Assembly: GCA_022823725.1 (NCBI GenBank)
Contig: JAJEHL010000011.1
Coordinates: forward strand, 73,107 to 137,106
Source of the DNA: Candidatus Latescibacterota bacterium
GTDB taxonomy: Bacteria; Latescibacterota; UBA2968
Direction of reading: 5' to 3'
DNA length: 64,000 bases
The notes under the pieces are model-generated. The model worked only from the letters and a program-made list of their open reading frames with translations. It made no database searches and was not told the origin of the DNA. A program made the position numbers and the translations under genes. Positions 17,785 to 25,909 of this stretch are shown here, piece by piece; position 1 is the first letter of the stretch; each line of letters begins with the position of its first letter.

Positions 17785-18591
17785 TTATCTGCGTTCATCT
17801 GCGCCATCTGCGGATGCTTTTCGATGAAACATAAGATCGGCAAACGCGCCCGTCACCTTACTACCCGTATTATCTGAATCGGACATAAGATACACGCGCA
17901 CAACCTCTGCGGGTTCTTCATCGGGATAAAATCGTTTGAAATCCCGGTAAAAATTGCGCGACTCTCCAACCCATTGATTTACATTTTGATCCCCGCTCTC
18001 GGCAACAATGCGGTACCACTTAAACTTGAAAAATCCCAGAATAGACGTCACTTGTGTCAGCGAAGTCTCTTCGGGTATGGTCCGCGTCCAGAGATAGGCA
18101 ATTTCCCGCAACTTCCCTTTGTTATTGAGAACAGAAATACCGATCTTCGCTGCAAAATCATCGCCCGATTTCTTAATTTTCCCTTTGTGATCCGCTGTAT
18201 CGCTATCATCAATCGTATTGCTCACCCGCCAGCGCCATGAGATATGCTGATACTCAGCCGCAGATATGAGATCATACTGCCCCTGCGCCTGTTTGCGGAC
18301 ATCCTTCCCAAACCCCCTGGGCGGGCGGTCACAACGCTTGATCCAATCCTGACTGCGATCAATAGACAACGCCGTGCCATTTTTTGTCGGCACCTGCCAG
18401 AAAAGCGCAGCCGCATGATCGCTGTGAATCGCAAACACCCCATCTCGATGTTGCCCAGTAACATTCTCGCCGCAATCGTCCCAATCGCGTCGAAGCCAAT
18501 CGCTCCCCATATCCACGGCAACGCGATCCTGCGCTTGTACAACACCTGAAAAAACAAAAAAGCCTATCAAAAAAATACTAATGCGAATCAT
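17785..18591 (-). CDS. secreted hypothetical protein
   Basis: Signal peptide MIRISIFLIGFFVFSGVVQAQD. No confident family assignment. Confidence 0.5.
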   Translation of the reverse strand: MIRISIFLIGFFVFSGVVQAQDRVAVDMGSDWLRRDWDDCGENVTGQHRDGVFAIHSDHAAALFWQVPTKNGTALSIDRSQDWIKRCDRPPRGFGKDVRKQAQGQYDLISAAEYQHISWRWRVSNTIDDSDTADHKGKIKKSGDDFAAKIGISVLNNKGKLREIAYLWTRTIPEETSLTQVTSILGFFKFKWYRIVAESGDQNVNQWVGESRNFYRDFKRFYPDEEPAEVVRVYLMSDSDNTGSKVTGAFADLMFHRKASADGADERR

Positions 18592-18634
18592 AATCTACCT
18601 TTTGTTGAAATATTGAAAACTAATTAAAACCGAT

Positions 18635-18896
18635 ACGCGATGTGTGACTTCAAATCCGCCACATAGTAATACCGATAAACAGGGATAAGAAAAGCCTGCC
18701 CCCCGTATGAAAGCACTACGGGGCTGGCTCTGCATGATTTTGAGCAGGGGGCAAAACCACTGGATTGCGGCTAAGCATGCCCCTGCATGATTTAAGCAGG
18801 GGACCCTGCCGCAATGACGGCTCTAAAATCCTTGTTTCGCTGACTGCTGACCACTGATTGCTTGTTTTCTTGACCATTATTCTAAAGTCACACATG
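18635..18896. mobile_element. MITE copy 3 (carries an extra REP-like insertion; right terminus degraded)
   Basis: The left TIR ACGCGATGTGTGACTT is intact. The right end is AAGTCACACATG followed by TCTA instead of ACGT. The interior contains an additional GCATGCCCCTGCATGATTTAAGCAGGGGACCCTGCCGCAATGACGG module. Confidence 0.6.
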
Positions 18897-19095
18897 TCTA
18901 TTGTTTCAGTGTGAATCAAATTCACACCTGTTGTGGAAACACCACATGCAAGCGCGGTTTTAGCGGGGATTTTATTCATTATACGCACAAATGCAATTAT
19001 TGTACCAATAAAAAAAGCGCGACGGGAAAAAAACCGCCGCGCTTATGTGTTTAAACGGCAAAGTGGGGCGAGGCATGCCTCGCCCCTACAATACA

Positions 19096-19722
19096 CTACA
19101 TCTCTGATGACTCTTCGCCGTGATGTTCGGACTTCTCTTTCATCTCGGACTTCTCCTCCGCCCCAGACTCTTTCTTCATCTGATCGCGATCTCCCCCACG
19201 GCGACCGCGAAACCAGCCGCGACCTCTGAACCGGGGACCATCGCCATCTCTAAAACCCGGACCGCGACCTCTAAAACCCGGTCCACCACGCCCCTTGAAA
19301 CCCGGTCCGCCGCGACCGCCTCGTCGCATCTCACCGAGCTTCTCCTTTTGCTCATCCGTCAACAAATTCTTGATATCCATATTATGCTGAATCTCACGCG
19401 CCATAATTTTTCCCTGCGCCGCCGTCACCGCATCGACCTTAGTCTGAATATCCGAAGCCGAAGGATTATCCTCCTTGCGAATCTCACCCAAATCGATCCG
19501 CGCTTTCTGGTGTGCTGCGCGCAAATCGACCATCGCCTTTTGATGGGCAGAACGCAGATCAGACATCTTCTCCTTCTGCTCATCCGTCAACTCCAGCGCC
19601 GCCATACCGCGCATACCGCGGCGTTTGGCCCTTTGGGCGTCTGCATGTTTCACAAAAGCAACGCCTCCAATAATGCCAAGAACAAAAACACCGATAACTG
19701 CGTAGATAATTTTGCGTTTCAT
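19096..19722 (-). CDS. periplasmic LTXXQ-motif protein (Spy/CpxP/ZraP family) with an RG-rich C-terminal tail
   Basis: Signal/anchor MKRKIIYAVIGVFVLGIIGGVAFV. Two LTDEQKEKM/L LTXXQ motifs. C-terminal GRGGPGFKGRGGPGFRGRGPGFR...RFRGRGWFRGRRGG tail. Confidence 0.7.
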   Translation of the reverse strand: MKRKIIYAVIGVFVLGIIGGVAFVKHADAQRAKRRGMRGMAALELTDEQKEKMSDLRSAHQKAMVDLRAAHQKARIDLGEIRKEDNPSASDIQTKVDAVTAAQGKIMAREIQHNMDIKNLLTDEQKEKLGEMRRGGRGGPGFKGRGGPGFRGRGPGFRDGDGPRFRGRGWFRGRRGGDRDQMKKESGAEEKSEMKEKSEHHGEESSEM

Positions 19723-19843
19723 GATACCAACTCCTCATAGTTAAACAGCAGTTTCCCTGCATACTGTCTGTTTGTAGTAAAAAATCGAACAACCCTCGGC
19801 TGTGTTCAGGCCGGCATCTGTTCACAACCCGAAAGATCGCTGA

Positions 19844-20284
19844 TCATGGCCCTCTGCGGGAACCGGGTGGACGGTCTCCCGGGGGCCCTCTGCGGCCGCC
19901 ACCTCGGCCGCGGAATCCTTGACGTCTGTTTTTTTCCTCAAATTTTGCAAACTGCTCAGGCGTGAGAATCGTCTTCAACTTCTCGCGCAACTTTTGCTCC
20001 TGCGACCGCATATCTTCGCCAATTTTTCGGCGCATCGTATCAATCTCGCGCCGGTGTTCCTGAAATGCAGCCCGCACAGCGCTCTTTTGTTCGTCTGACA
20101 AAGCGAGATCCTGCCCCATTCGCTCAATCATGCGATTGTAATCATAAGGCCGCCCCCCACGCGCCCCAGGTGGACCGGGTGAGCGTAAAAACTTACGCTC
20201 GACAATAGTACCACACACCAGCCCCAGGGCAAAAATGCCCATAAATAAAAGAATGGCCTGTGTGCGAGGAGAAAAAGAAAACAT
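19844..20284 (-). CDS. periplasmic LTXXQ-like protein (Spy/CpxP-like paralog) with an RG-rich tail
   Basis: TM/signal MFSFSPRTQAILLFMGIFALGLVCG. Contains LSDEQK and LTPEQ motifs and a C-terminal QGFRGRGGGRRGPPGDRPPGSRRGP tail. Confidence 0.55.
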   Translation of the reverse strand: MFSFSPRTQAILLFMGIFALGLVCGTIVERKFLRSPGPPGARGGRPYDYNRMIERMGQDLALSDEQKSAVRAAFQEHRREIDTMRRKIGEDMRSQEQKLREKLKTILTPEQFAKFEEKNRRQGFRGRGGGRRGPPGDRPPGSRRGP

Positions 20285-20298
20285 GATAGTCCCTTTGT

Positions 20299-20697
20299 TT
20301 ACTCGGGATAGATAACCAGGCTATCGGTTTGCACCTCCGACAGCACCATCTCAGTTTGCGAATCAAAATAATCCGACACTGTATTTGCCTCAGTACTTCC
20401 ATTATCTATCAGCACCATAAAAATAACAGCAGCGGCAGCGGCCAATGGTACAAGGCGTTTACCCGCCCATACCAGGCTATTCCATAAACTCTCTTCCCGA
20501 ATCTGTGTCTGAACACCATCCCACAACCCCGGCGAAGAATCCATCGGCCTCTGACTCAGACGCCTCTGCACATGGCGAAGCAAATCGTATTCGGCGCGAA
20601 GGTCTGCATCTTCTGCTATCCGCGCTTCAATTTCGCGCGCGTGCTCTGCAGGCAAATTGCCGTCAACATAGAGCAACAATTTATCGCGATCAGTCAT
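20299..20697 (-). CDS. anti-sigma factor (single-pass membrane)
   Basis: Start at the ATG 20695-20697 (MTDRDKLLLYVDGNLPAEHAREIEARI...), a typical anti-sigma N-terminus. A TM segment PLAAAAAVIFMVLI follows. Overlaps the 3' end of the ECF sigma gene. Confidence 0.6.
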   Translation of the reverse strand: MTDRDKLLLYVDGNLPAEHAREIEARIAEDADLRAEYDLLRHVQRRLSQRPMDSSPGLWDGVQTQIREESLWNSLVWAGKRLVPLAAAAAVIFMVLIDNGSTEANTVSDYFDSQTEMVLSEVQTDSLVIYPE

Positions 20698-21287
20698 ATA
20701 TCCTCCCCTTGCCATTCGCGGTACAGCGGCAAAAGCAAATCGCGTAAACGCGCCCGTGCCCGCGAAAGCCTCGATTTAACAGTGCCGACAGAAACATCCA
20801 AAACATCGGCAATTTCTTCTTGAGAAAGATCCTCTATATCCTTGAGAACCACCACCGCGCGATGCTCGGGCGAAAGGCAATCGAGCACCTTCTGAATCTC
20901 CTCGCGCAAACCAATGCGCTCAATATCATTTTGCGGTTCATCCGTACCCAAAAATCGATCCAGTGCCATATCGCTTGCCTCCTGCATCCCCTCGATAGAA
21001 ACCCGATCGGGCCGCCGTTGCTCTCGCTGGGCAAACGTGAGACAAACATTGGTGGTAATGCGATACAAATACGTGTAAAAATTCGACCGCCCCTCAAAAT
21101 TTCCCAGTGCTTTATATACCCTGACAAACGCTTCTTGCGCCGCATCCCTTGCCGCTTCTGGATCGCCGAGAATCGAACACGCCAGACCGTAAATACGGCC
21201 TTCATAATGTTCAACCAGATGGCGGAAAGCCTGCACATCGCCCTTTTGGCATTGACGAATCAGATCTCGTTCATCAAAATCAGCCAC
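20694..21287 (-). CDS. RNA polymerase ECF-type sigma-70 factor
   Basis: Region 2 (YEGRIYGLACSILGDPEAARDAAQEAFVRVYKAL) and region 4 (LSPEHRAVVVLKDIEDLSQEEIADVLDVSVGTVKSRLSRAR) signatures. Confidence 0.85.
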   Translation of the reverse strand: MADFDERDLIRQCQKGDVQAFRHLVEHYEGRIYGLACSILGDPEAARDAAQEAFVRVYKALGNFEGRSNFYTYLYRITTNVCLTFAQREQRRPDRVSIEGMQEASDMALDRFLGTDEPQNDIERIGLREEIQKVLDCLSPEHRAVVVLKDIEDLSQEEIADVLDVSVGTVKSRLSRARARLRDLLLPLYREWQGEDI

Positions 21288-21442
21288 TTTATCTTTTTCC
21301 TATAGTAGCCATCCGTTGCAGGCTCCGTCTATCCATCTATCCGTTTCGCAGGATTAGACCACGAGAACAACACTCGCGTTCCCTATAAAACAAAAAAATG
21401 GACATCGCTCAAAGCAATGTCCATTTCCGACATCACAGATGC

Positions 21443-23209
21443 TCACTCCGTAATAATATCGGCAAATGTCATACCCGAGGGAATCATGGGCAACACATGC
21501 TCTTGATACGGCACAACCACATCGAGCAAATAAGGACCGTTGGAAGAAATCATGCGGTCAATAGCCGGTACGAGATCCTCCTTGCGTTCCGCCCGTTCGG
21601 CCGGCACGCGGAACCCCTTTGCTATCGCCACATAATCGGGAAAAATCGCGTGACTCGGCGGAATATTCATATCTTCATGCGCCTGCGCCGCTTCCGGATC
21701 CCCAATAAACGTATGCCCGCGATTGCTCTTGTAAAAACGATCCTCCCACTGCACCACCATACCCAGATGCTGATTGTTGAGAATCATAGTCTTGACGGGA
21801 ATTTTCTCTGCATACAGCGTCGCCAACTCCTGCACATTCATCGCAAAACTGCCATCGCCATCAATATCGACAACCAGCGCGTCGGGAAATGCCAATTGCG
21901 CTCCCAGCGCAGCGGGCAAACCAAAACCCATCGCCCCCAAACCGCCCGACGTGAGCCAACGGCGCGGCTCATCAAAAGGATAAAATTGCGCCGCCCACAT
22001 CTGGTGTTGCCCCACCCCTGTGGATATAATGGCCTTCCCGTCTGTCATCTTATAAAGCATCTCAATCGCATACTGGGGCAAAATAACATCTTCGACATCT
22101 TTGTATGTAAAGGGATGTTTTTCGCGCCACGTTTCAATCTCATCACACCAGACCTGATAATCGCCCGGCACAACAATACTGTTCAGCTCTTGCAGGGCAT
22201 ATTTAATATCGCTCACAATCGGCAAATGGGCGACCTTATTCTTGTTAATCTCAGAAGGATCGATATCGATATGCACAATGCGACCGTGTTTGCAAAACTC
22301 TTCGAGTTTACCCGTCACCCGATCATCAAAACGCACGCCAAATGCCAGCAACAAATCGGCGTGATTAATGGCGTAATTGGCGTAAACCGACCCGTGCATC
22401 CCCAGCATCTGCAAAGACTGGGGATCTGTTTGCGGAAAAACACCCAGCCCCATCAACGTCTGCGCCACGGGAATACGTGTTTTTCGAGCAAACTCGCGAA
22501 GCTCTTCCGACGCATCTGCAGTCACAATCCCCCCGCCAGCATAAATGAGTGGGCGTTTGGATTCTAAAATTGCCTGTGCAACCTCTTGGATTTGCGCACG
22601 GCTGGCGTGCAACTGATTGGGGGTATAGCTGCGAATAGAAACCGTTTCGGGAAAATCGGGCACACAAACACTTTGCTGCACATTTTTGGGAATATCGACC
22701 AGCACAGGACCGGGCCGCCCAGACGAGGCAATAAAAAACGCCTCTTTGACAACGCGGGGAATATCTTCAATGCGATCCACGAGATAATTGTGCTTCGTAA
22801 TCTGCCGCGTAACCTCAATAATCGGAGTCTCTTGAAAAGCATCGCGACCAATAACAGCAGTGGAGACCTGGCCCGTGATGGCAACGAGCGGCACAGAGTC
22901 CATTTTGGCATCGGCCAGCCCCGTGACCAGATTGGTAGCTCCTGGTCCAGACGTTGCCATACACACCCCGACTTTGCCCGAGGCTTTGGCATATCCCTCA
23001 GCCGCGAAAATTTCGCCCTGTTCGTGCCGGCACAACACAACCTGGATATTGGAACGCGTGAGGGACTGGTGCATTTCCATACTGGCCCCTCCGGGATAGC
23101 CAAAAAGAACTTCGACCCCCTCGCGGATGAGACTTTCGACCAGAATATCGGCACCGCTCATTTCGCCAGGAGTGGAACCAGATGCCGTGGTCTGGGGATT
23201 GCTCGCCAT
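21443..23209 (-). CDS. ilvB: acetolactate synthase large subunit (TPP enzyme)
   Basis: Start at the ATG 23207-23209 (MASNPQ...), preceded by an [24 protein letters not shown]...[28 protein letters not shown] and a C-terminal TPP-binding [14 protein letters not shown] signature. No ilvN follows immediately. Confidence 0.85.
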   Translation of the reverse strand: MASNPQTTASGSTPGEMSGADILVESLIREGVEVLFGYPGGASMEMHQSLTRSNIQVVLCRHEQGEIFAAEGYAKASGKVGVCMATSGPGATNLVTGLADAKMDSVPLVAITGQVSTAVIGRDAFQETPIIEVTRQITKHNYLVDRIEDIPRVVKEAFFIASSGRPGPVLVDIPKNVQQSVCVPDFPETVSIRSYTPNQLHASRAQIQEVAQAILESKRPLIYAGGGIVTADASEELREFARKTRIPVAQTLMGLGVFPQTDPQSLQMLGMHGSVYANYAINHADLLLAFGVRFDDRVTGKLEEFCKHGRIVHIDIDPSEINKNKVAHLPIVSDIKYALQELNSIVVPGDYQVWCDEIETWREKHPFTYKDVEDVILPQYAIEMLYKMTDGKAIISTGVGQHQMWAAQFYPFDEPRRWLTSGGLGAMGFGLPAALGAQLAFPDALVVDIDGDGSFAMNVQELATLYAEKIPVKTMILNNQHLGMVVQWEDRFYKSNRGHTFIGDPEAAQAHEDMNIPPSHAIFPDYVAIAKGFRVPAERAERKEDLVPAIDRMISSNGPYLLDVVVPYQEHVLPMIPSGMTFADIITE

Positions 23210-23263
23210 TGCAAAAATCTCCTTGAGATAGGAGCACACCTGCGCGTGCGTCCTTTGTCAGAC

Positions 23264-23299
23264 AAAAAAAAACCGCCATTGCATTGTAGCGATGACGGG
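23264..23299 (-). terminator. attenuator terminator of the ilvB leader
   Basis: On the minus strand: CCCGUCAUCGCUACAAUGCAAUGGCGG followed by U9. Confidence 0.55.
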
Positions 23300-23336
23300 A
23301 TAAGATGTTTTTTCGATACGATCATCAATCCCATCA

Positions 23337-23417
23337 TCACATGGGTACAAGTACTACAACACGGCCTACAACAGCCGTTGTAATTGCAATGTGGGATGTG
23401 GTGATCTGATGTGTCAT
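23337..23417 (-). CDS. ilvB leader peptide (26 aa, Ile/Val/Thr-rich)
   Basis: ATG ACA CAT CAG ATC ACC ACA TCC CAC ATT GCA ATT ACA ACG GCT GTT GTA GGC CGT GTT GTA GTA CTT GTA CCC ATG TGA translates to MTHQITTSHIAITTAVVGRVVVLVPM. A TTGACA-N17-TATCTT promoter lies at 23448-23476 (minus strand). The segment GATGATGGGAT at the stop codon can pair with ATCCCGTCATC, the 5' half of the terminator, as an antiterminator. Confidence 0.5.
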   Translation of the reverse strand: MTHQITTSHIAITTAVVGRVVVLVPM

Positions 23418-23481
23418 AACTCTGCGCTCTCTTTCTGTAAGAAAGAAAAGATACAGGCTTAGTCCTGTTCTGTCAAGAAAA

Positions 23482-24252
23482 TCAGCTATTCTTCTCGCCA
23501 ATCATATTAATCTGGTCTCGCAGCTCGGCAGCGCGTTCAAATTCCTCATTGTCAATTGCTTCCAGCAATTCTTTCTTCAGACGCTCAGACTCCGTGAGGG
23601 GACGCTGTTGCTCAAGCTCGTTGAGCAATTCGTTCAGAGACTCAACAGAGCGTTTTTTTTCAATGTCAAATTCTTCTGCTTCCACTTCTTCCAGATTTTC
23701 GATCTTGTCGAGCACATCGCGAATAATGCGCATGCCCTCCGTAAAATTGTTCTTTTGCGATTCTATCATCACGCGCGCAATCGCGTGAATTCGCAAAACA
23801 TAAGGCCACCATTTTTCGAGATTGAGACGATCGTTTTTCGCAGCAGCGTATTGGTTGACAAAACGAAACAGCCTCATGTTGCGCTCTGTATCTCGAATAA
23901 CGCGGTCATAATCTCGTATTTGGAGTAAAAAAACATACCGCTCGTAGAGCAGTCGGCTTTCATCAAAGAGTTCACGACAGTGCGCCTTTTTCAGTGAAAA
24001 ACCATCGGATGTACCGTGTTCTTCAATGAAATGATGAAGCCTATCAGTAAAATGATCCAGCACAAACGCACTATTGTGCGGTTTGCGCCCATCGGGACGC
24101 CCGTCGAGTTCCATCTGTAGAATGCCTTGAAATGGACCCTGATCTATGCGCACCTGAATTTTTTCAACGCCTTTGGACGAGAAAATTTTGCGAATGCTGT
24201 TTTTGGGATCATAGGGCCAGTGCTTCAGCAAAGGGCCAATATCTTCGGTCAT
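23482..24252 (-). CDS. hypothetical protein with a C-terminal UVR (UvrB/UvrC-like) motif
   Basis: The C-terminal ...LLEAIDNEEFERAAELRDQI... matches the UVR domain consensus. The rest is unassigned. Confidence 0.5.
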   Translation of the reverse strand: MTEDIGPLLKHWPYDPKNSIRKIFSSKGVEKIQVRIDQGPFQGILQMELDGRPDGRKPHNSAFVLDHFTDRLHHFIEEHGTSDGFSLKKAHCRELFDESRLLYERYVFLLQIRDYDRVIRDTERNMRLFRFVNQYAAAKNDRLNLEKWWPYVLRIHAIARVMIESQKNNFTEGMRIIRDVLDKIENLEEVEAEEFDIEKKRSVESLNELLNELEQQRPLTESERLKKELLEAIDNEEFERAAELRDQINMIGEKNS

Positions 24253-24477
24253 GGCAAGTTCTCCTGATATGTGGGAGAGACTCCTTGAACTGCTGACGGC
24301 GGAAGAATACCCGAACCTGTTGTGCCATAGGTTTCAATCTAATTGCATTTGACTGCAGACGCAAGTATCATGTAAGGCGGGTAAGAAGTAAGACGACCAT
24401 CCTACCCCTCTCACGTCTTACGTTTTACGTCTCACCTACCTTTAAAGTTTCACGTCTCACCTTTACAGGAAAAACAA

Positions 24478-25809
24478 ATGGGAACAGAAAAAAACACAGG
24501 GTCAATCGCTGAGTTCTTTAAGTTTAACGCGCAAAACACAGATTGGCGCGCTGAAACGACAGGTGGTATAACGACATTTGTGACAATGGCTTATATCGTA
24601 GCCGTGAACCCCGGCATCTTATCTGAAGCATTGGGCGTGGATTTATTTCCCGAACTGTTATTCGCAACGTGTGCTTCGGCAGCCATCGCAACAATACTTA
24701 TGGGGCTTCTGGCAAATTATCCCTTTGCCCTGGCGCCGGGCATGGGCCTCAATGCGTTTTTTACCTATACAATTGTACTGGGTATGGGCGTACATTGGAA
24801 ATTGGCCCTGGGCGTAGTCCTCGCCTCCGGACTCCTGTTTTTATTATTAACTGTATTGCGAGTGCGTGAGGCCATTATCACAGCAGTGCCCCAACCGCTC
24901 AAGCTCGCCGCTGCCGCGGGTATTGGACTATTCATTGCATTTATCGGATTTAAGAATGCGGGTTTTATTATCGATGATCAGGCCACTTTGGTCAGCCTGG
25001 GCGATGTACGCACGGGACCTGTTGGATTGGCACTGGTGGGACTTTTTGGTACGGCCATCATGCTGGCTCGCGGCATCCGCGGTGCAATTTTACTCGGCGT
25101 AATCGGCGTCACCTTATTATCCATGATTATGGAACTCACGCCCTGGCCAACAGGGATCATAAGCCTTCCCGTTTGGCCCACCCATCTCTTTGGAGAAGCC
25201 ATCTATCATCTGCCCCTCGCATTTCACACCGCAGTAATAGAGCTCGTCTTTGCATTTCTCTTTGTCGATCTATTTGATACCATGGGCACACTGGTGGGAT
25301 TATCCGAACGCGTGGGATTCCTGGATAAGCGAGGACGATTGCCGCGCGCCAACAAAGCACTGCTATCAGACTCTATTGGAACTGTATGCGGCAGCGTATT
25401 GGGCACCTCAACAGTAACGACCTATATCGAAAGCGCCGCGGGCATATCCTCGGGCGCACGTACGGGCTTTGCCAGCCTGGTAACCGGCGGCCTGTTCATC
25501 TGCGCCTTATTTTTCATACCTCTGGTGCAGGCCATACCGTCCTTTGCCACAGCACCCGCGCTCATCGTCGTAGGCGTCATGATGATGGCTCCGGCTGCTC
25601 GCATTGTCTGGGACGATATGTCGGACGCCGTACCCGCTTTTTTAACACTAATAGCCATTCCCTTAACATTCAGCATTGCCGATGGATTGGCACTCGGATT
25701 TATAGCCTATCCCATAATCAAAAGATTGAGCAAAAAAGGCTCGGAAGTACATCCGCTCATAGATGTACTGGCCATCATATTTATTCTCAAATATGTCTTT
25801 ATGCCTTGA
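24478..25809 (+). CDS. NCS2-family purine permease (AzgA/PbuG-like, guanine/hypoxanthine)
   Basis: N-terminal FKF..QNTDWRAETTGGITTFVTMAYIVAVNPGIL is diagnostic of the AzgA subfamily. About 12 TM segments. Confidence 0.85.
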   Translation: MGTEKNTGSIAEFFKFNAQNTDWRAETTGGITTFVTMAYIVAVNPGILSEALGVDLFPELLFATCASAAIATILMGLLANYPFALAPGMGLNAFFTYTIVLGMGVHWKLALGVVLASGLLFLLLTVLRVREAIITAVPQPLKLAAAAGIGLFIAFIGFKNAGFIIDDQATLVSLGDVRTGPVGLALVGLFGTAIMLARGIRGAILLGVIGVTLLSMIMELTPWPTGIISLPVWPTHLFGEAIYHLPLAFHTAVIELVFAFLFVDLFDTMGTLVGLSERVGFLDKRGRLPRANKALLSDSIGTVCGSVLGTSTVTTYIESAAGISSGARTGFASLVTGGLFICALFFIPLVQAIPSFATAPALIVVGVMMMAPAARIVWDDMSDAVPAFLTLIAIPLTFSIADGLALGFIAYPIIKRLSKKGSEVHPLIDVLAIIFILKYVFMP

Positions 25810-25909
25810 AAGTTCCAAAAACTAAAAATGTTTGCGTGACATTTGCACCATTTCGTTTTATTATTTTATTGCAACCAAATTATCCGCGACAACCTTCAAG
25901 GAGAATTTC

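Noticed and set aside
19120-19740. 206-aa plus-strand ORF opposite the LTXXQ gene
   Set aside because: Antisense to a gene with a clear signal peptide and LTXXQ motifs. The translation is low-complexity and leucine/arginine-rich.
23158-23340. 60-aa ORF upstream of ilvB
   Set aside because: It overlaps the attenuator terminator and the leader region in the wrong frame. The real small ORF is the 26-codon leader at 23337..23417.
24285-24477. Purine riboswitch upstream of the NCS2 permease
   Set aside because: The conserved purine-riboswitch cores (UAUA...GUUUCUACC...CCGUAAAU) are not present. Only short direct repeats were found.
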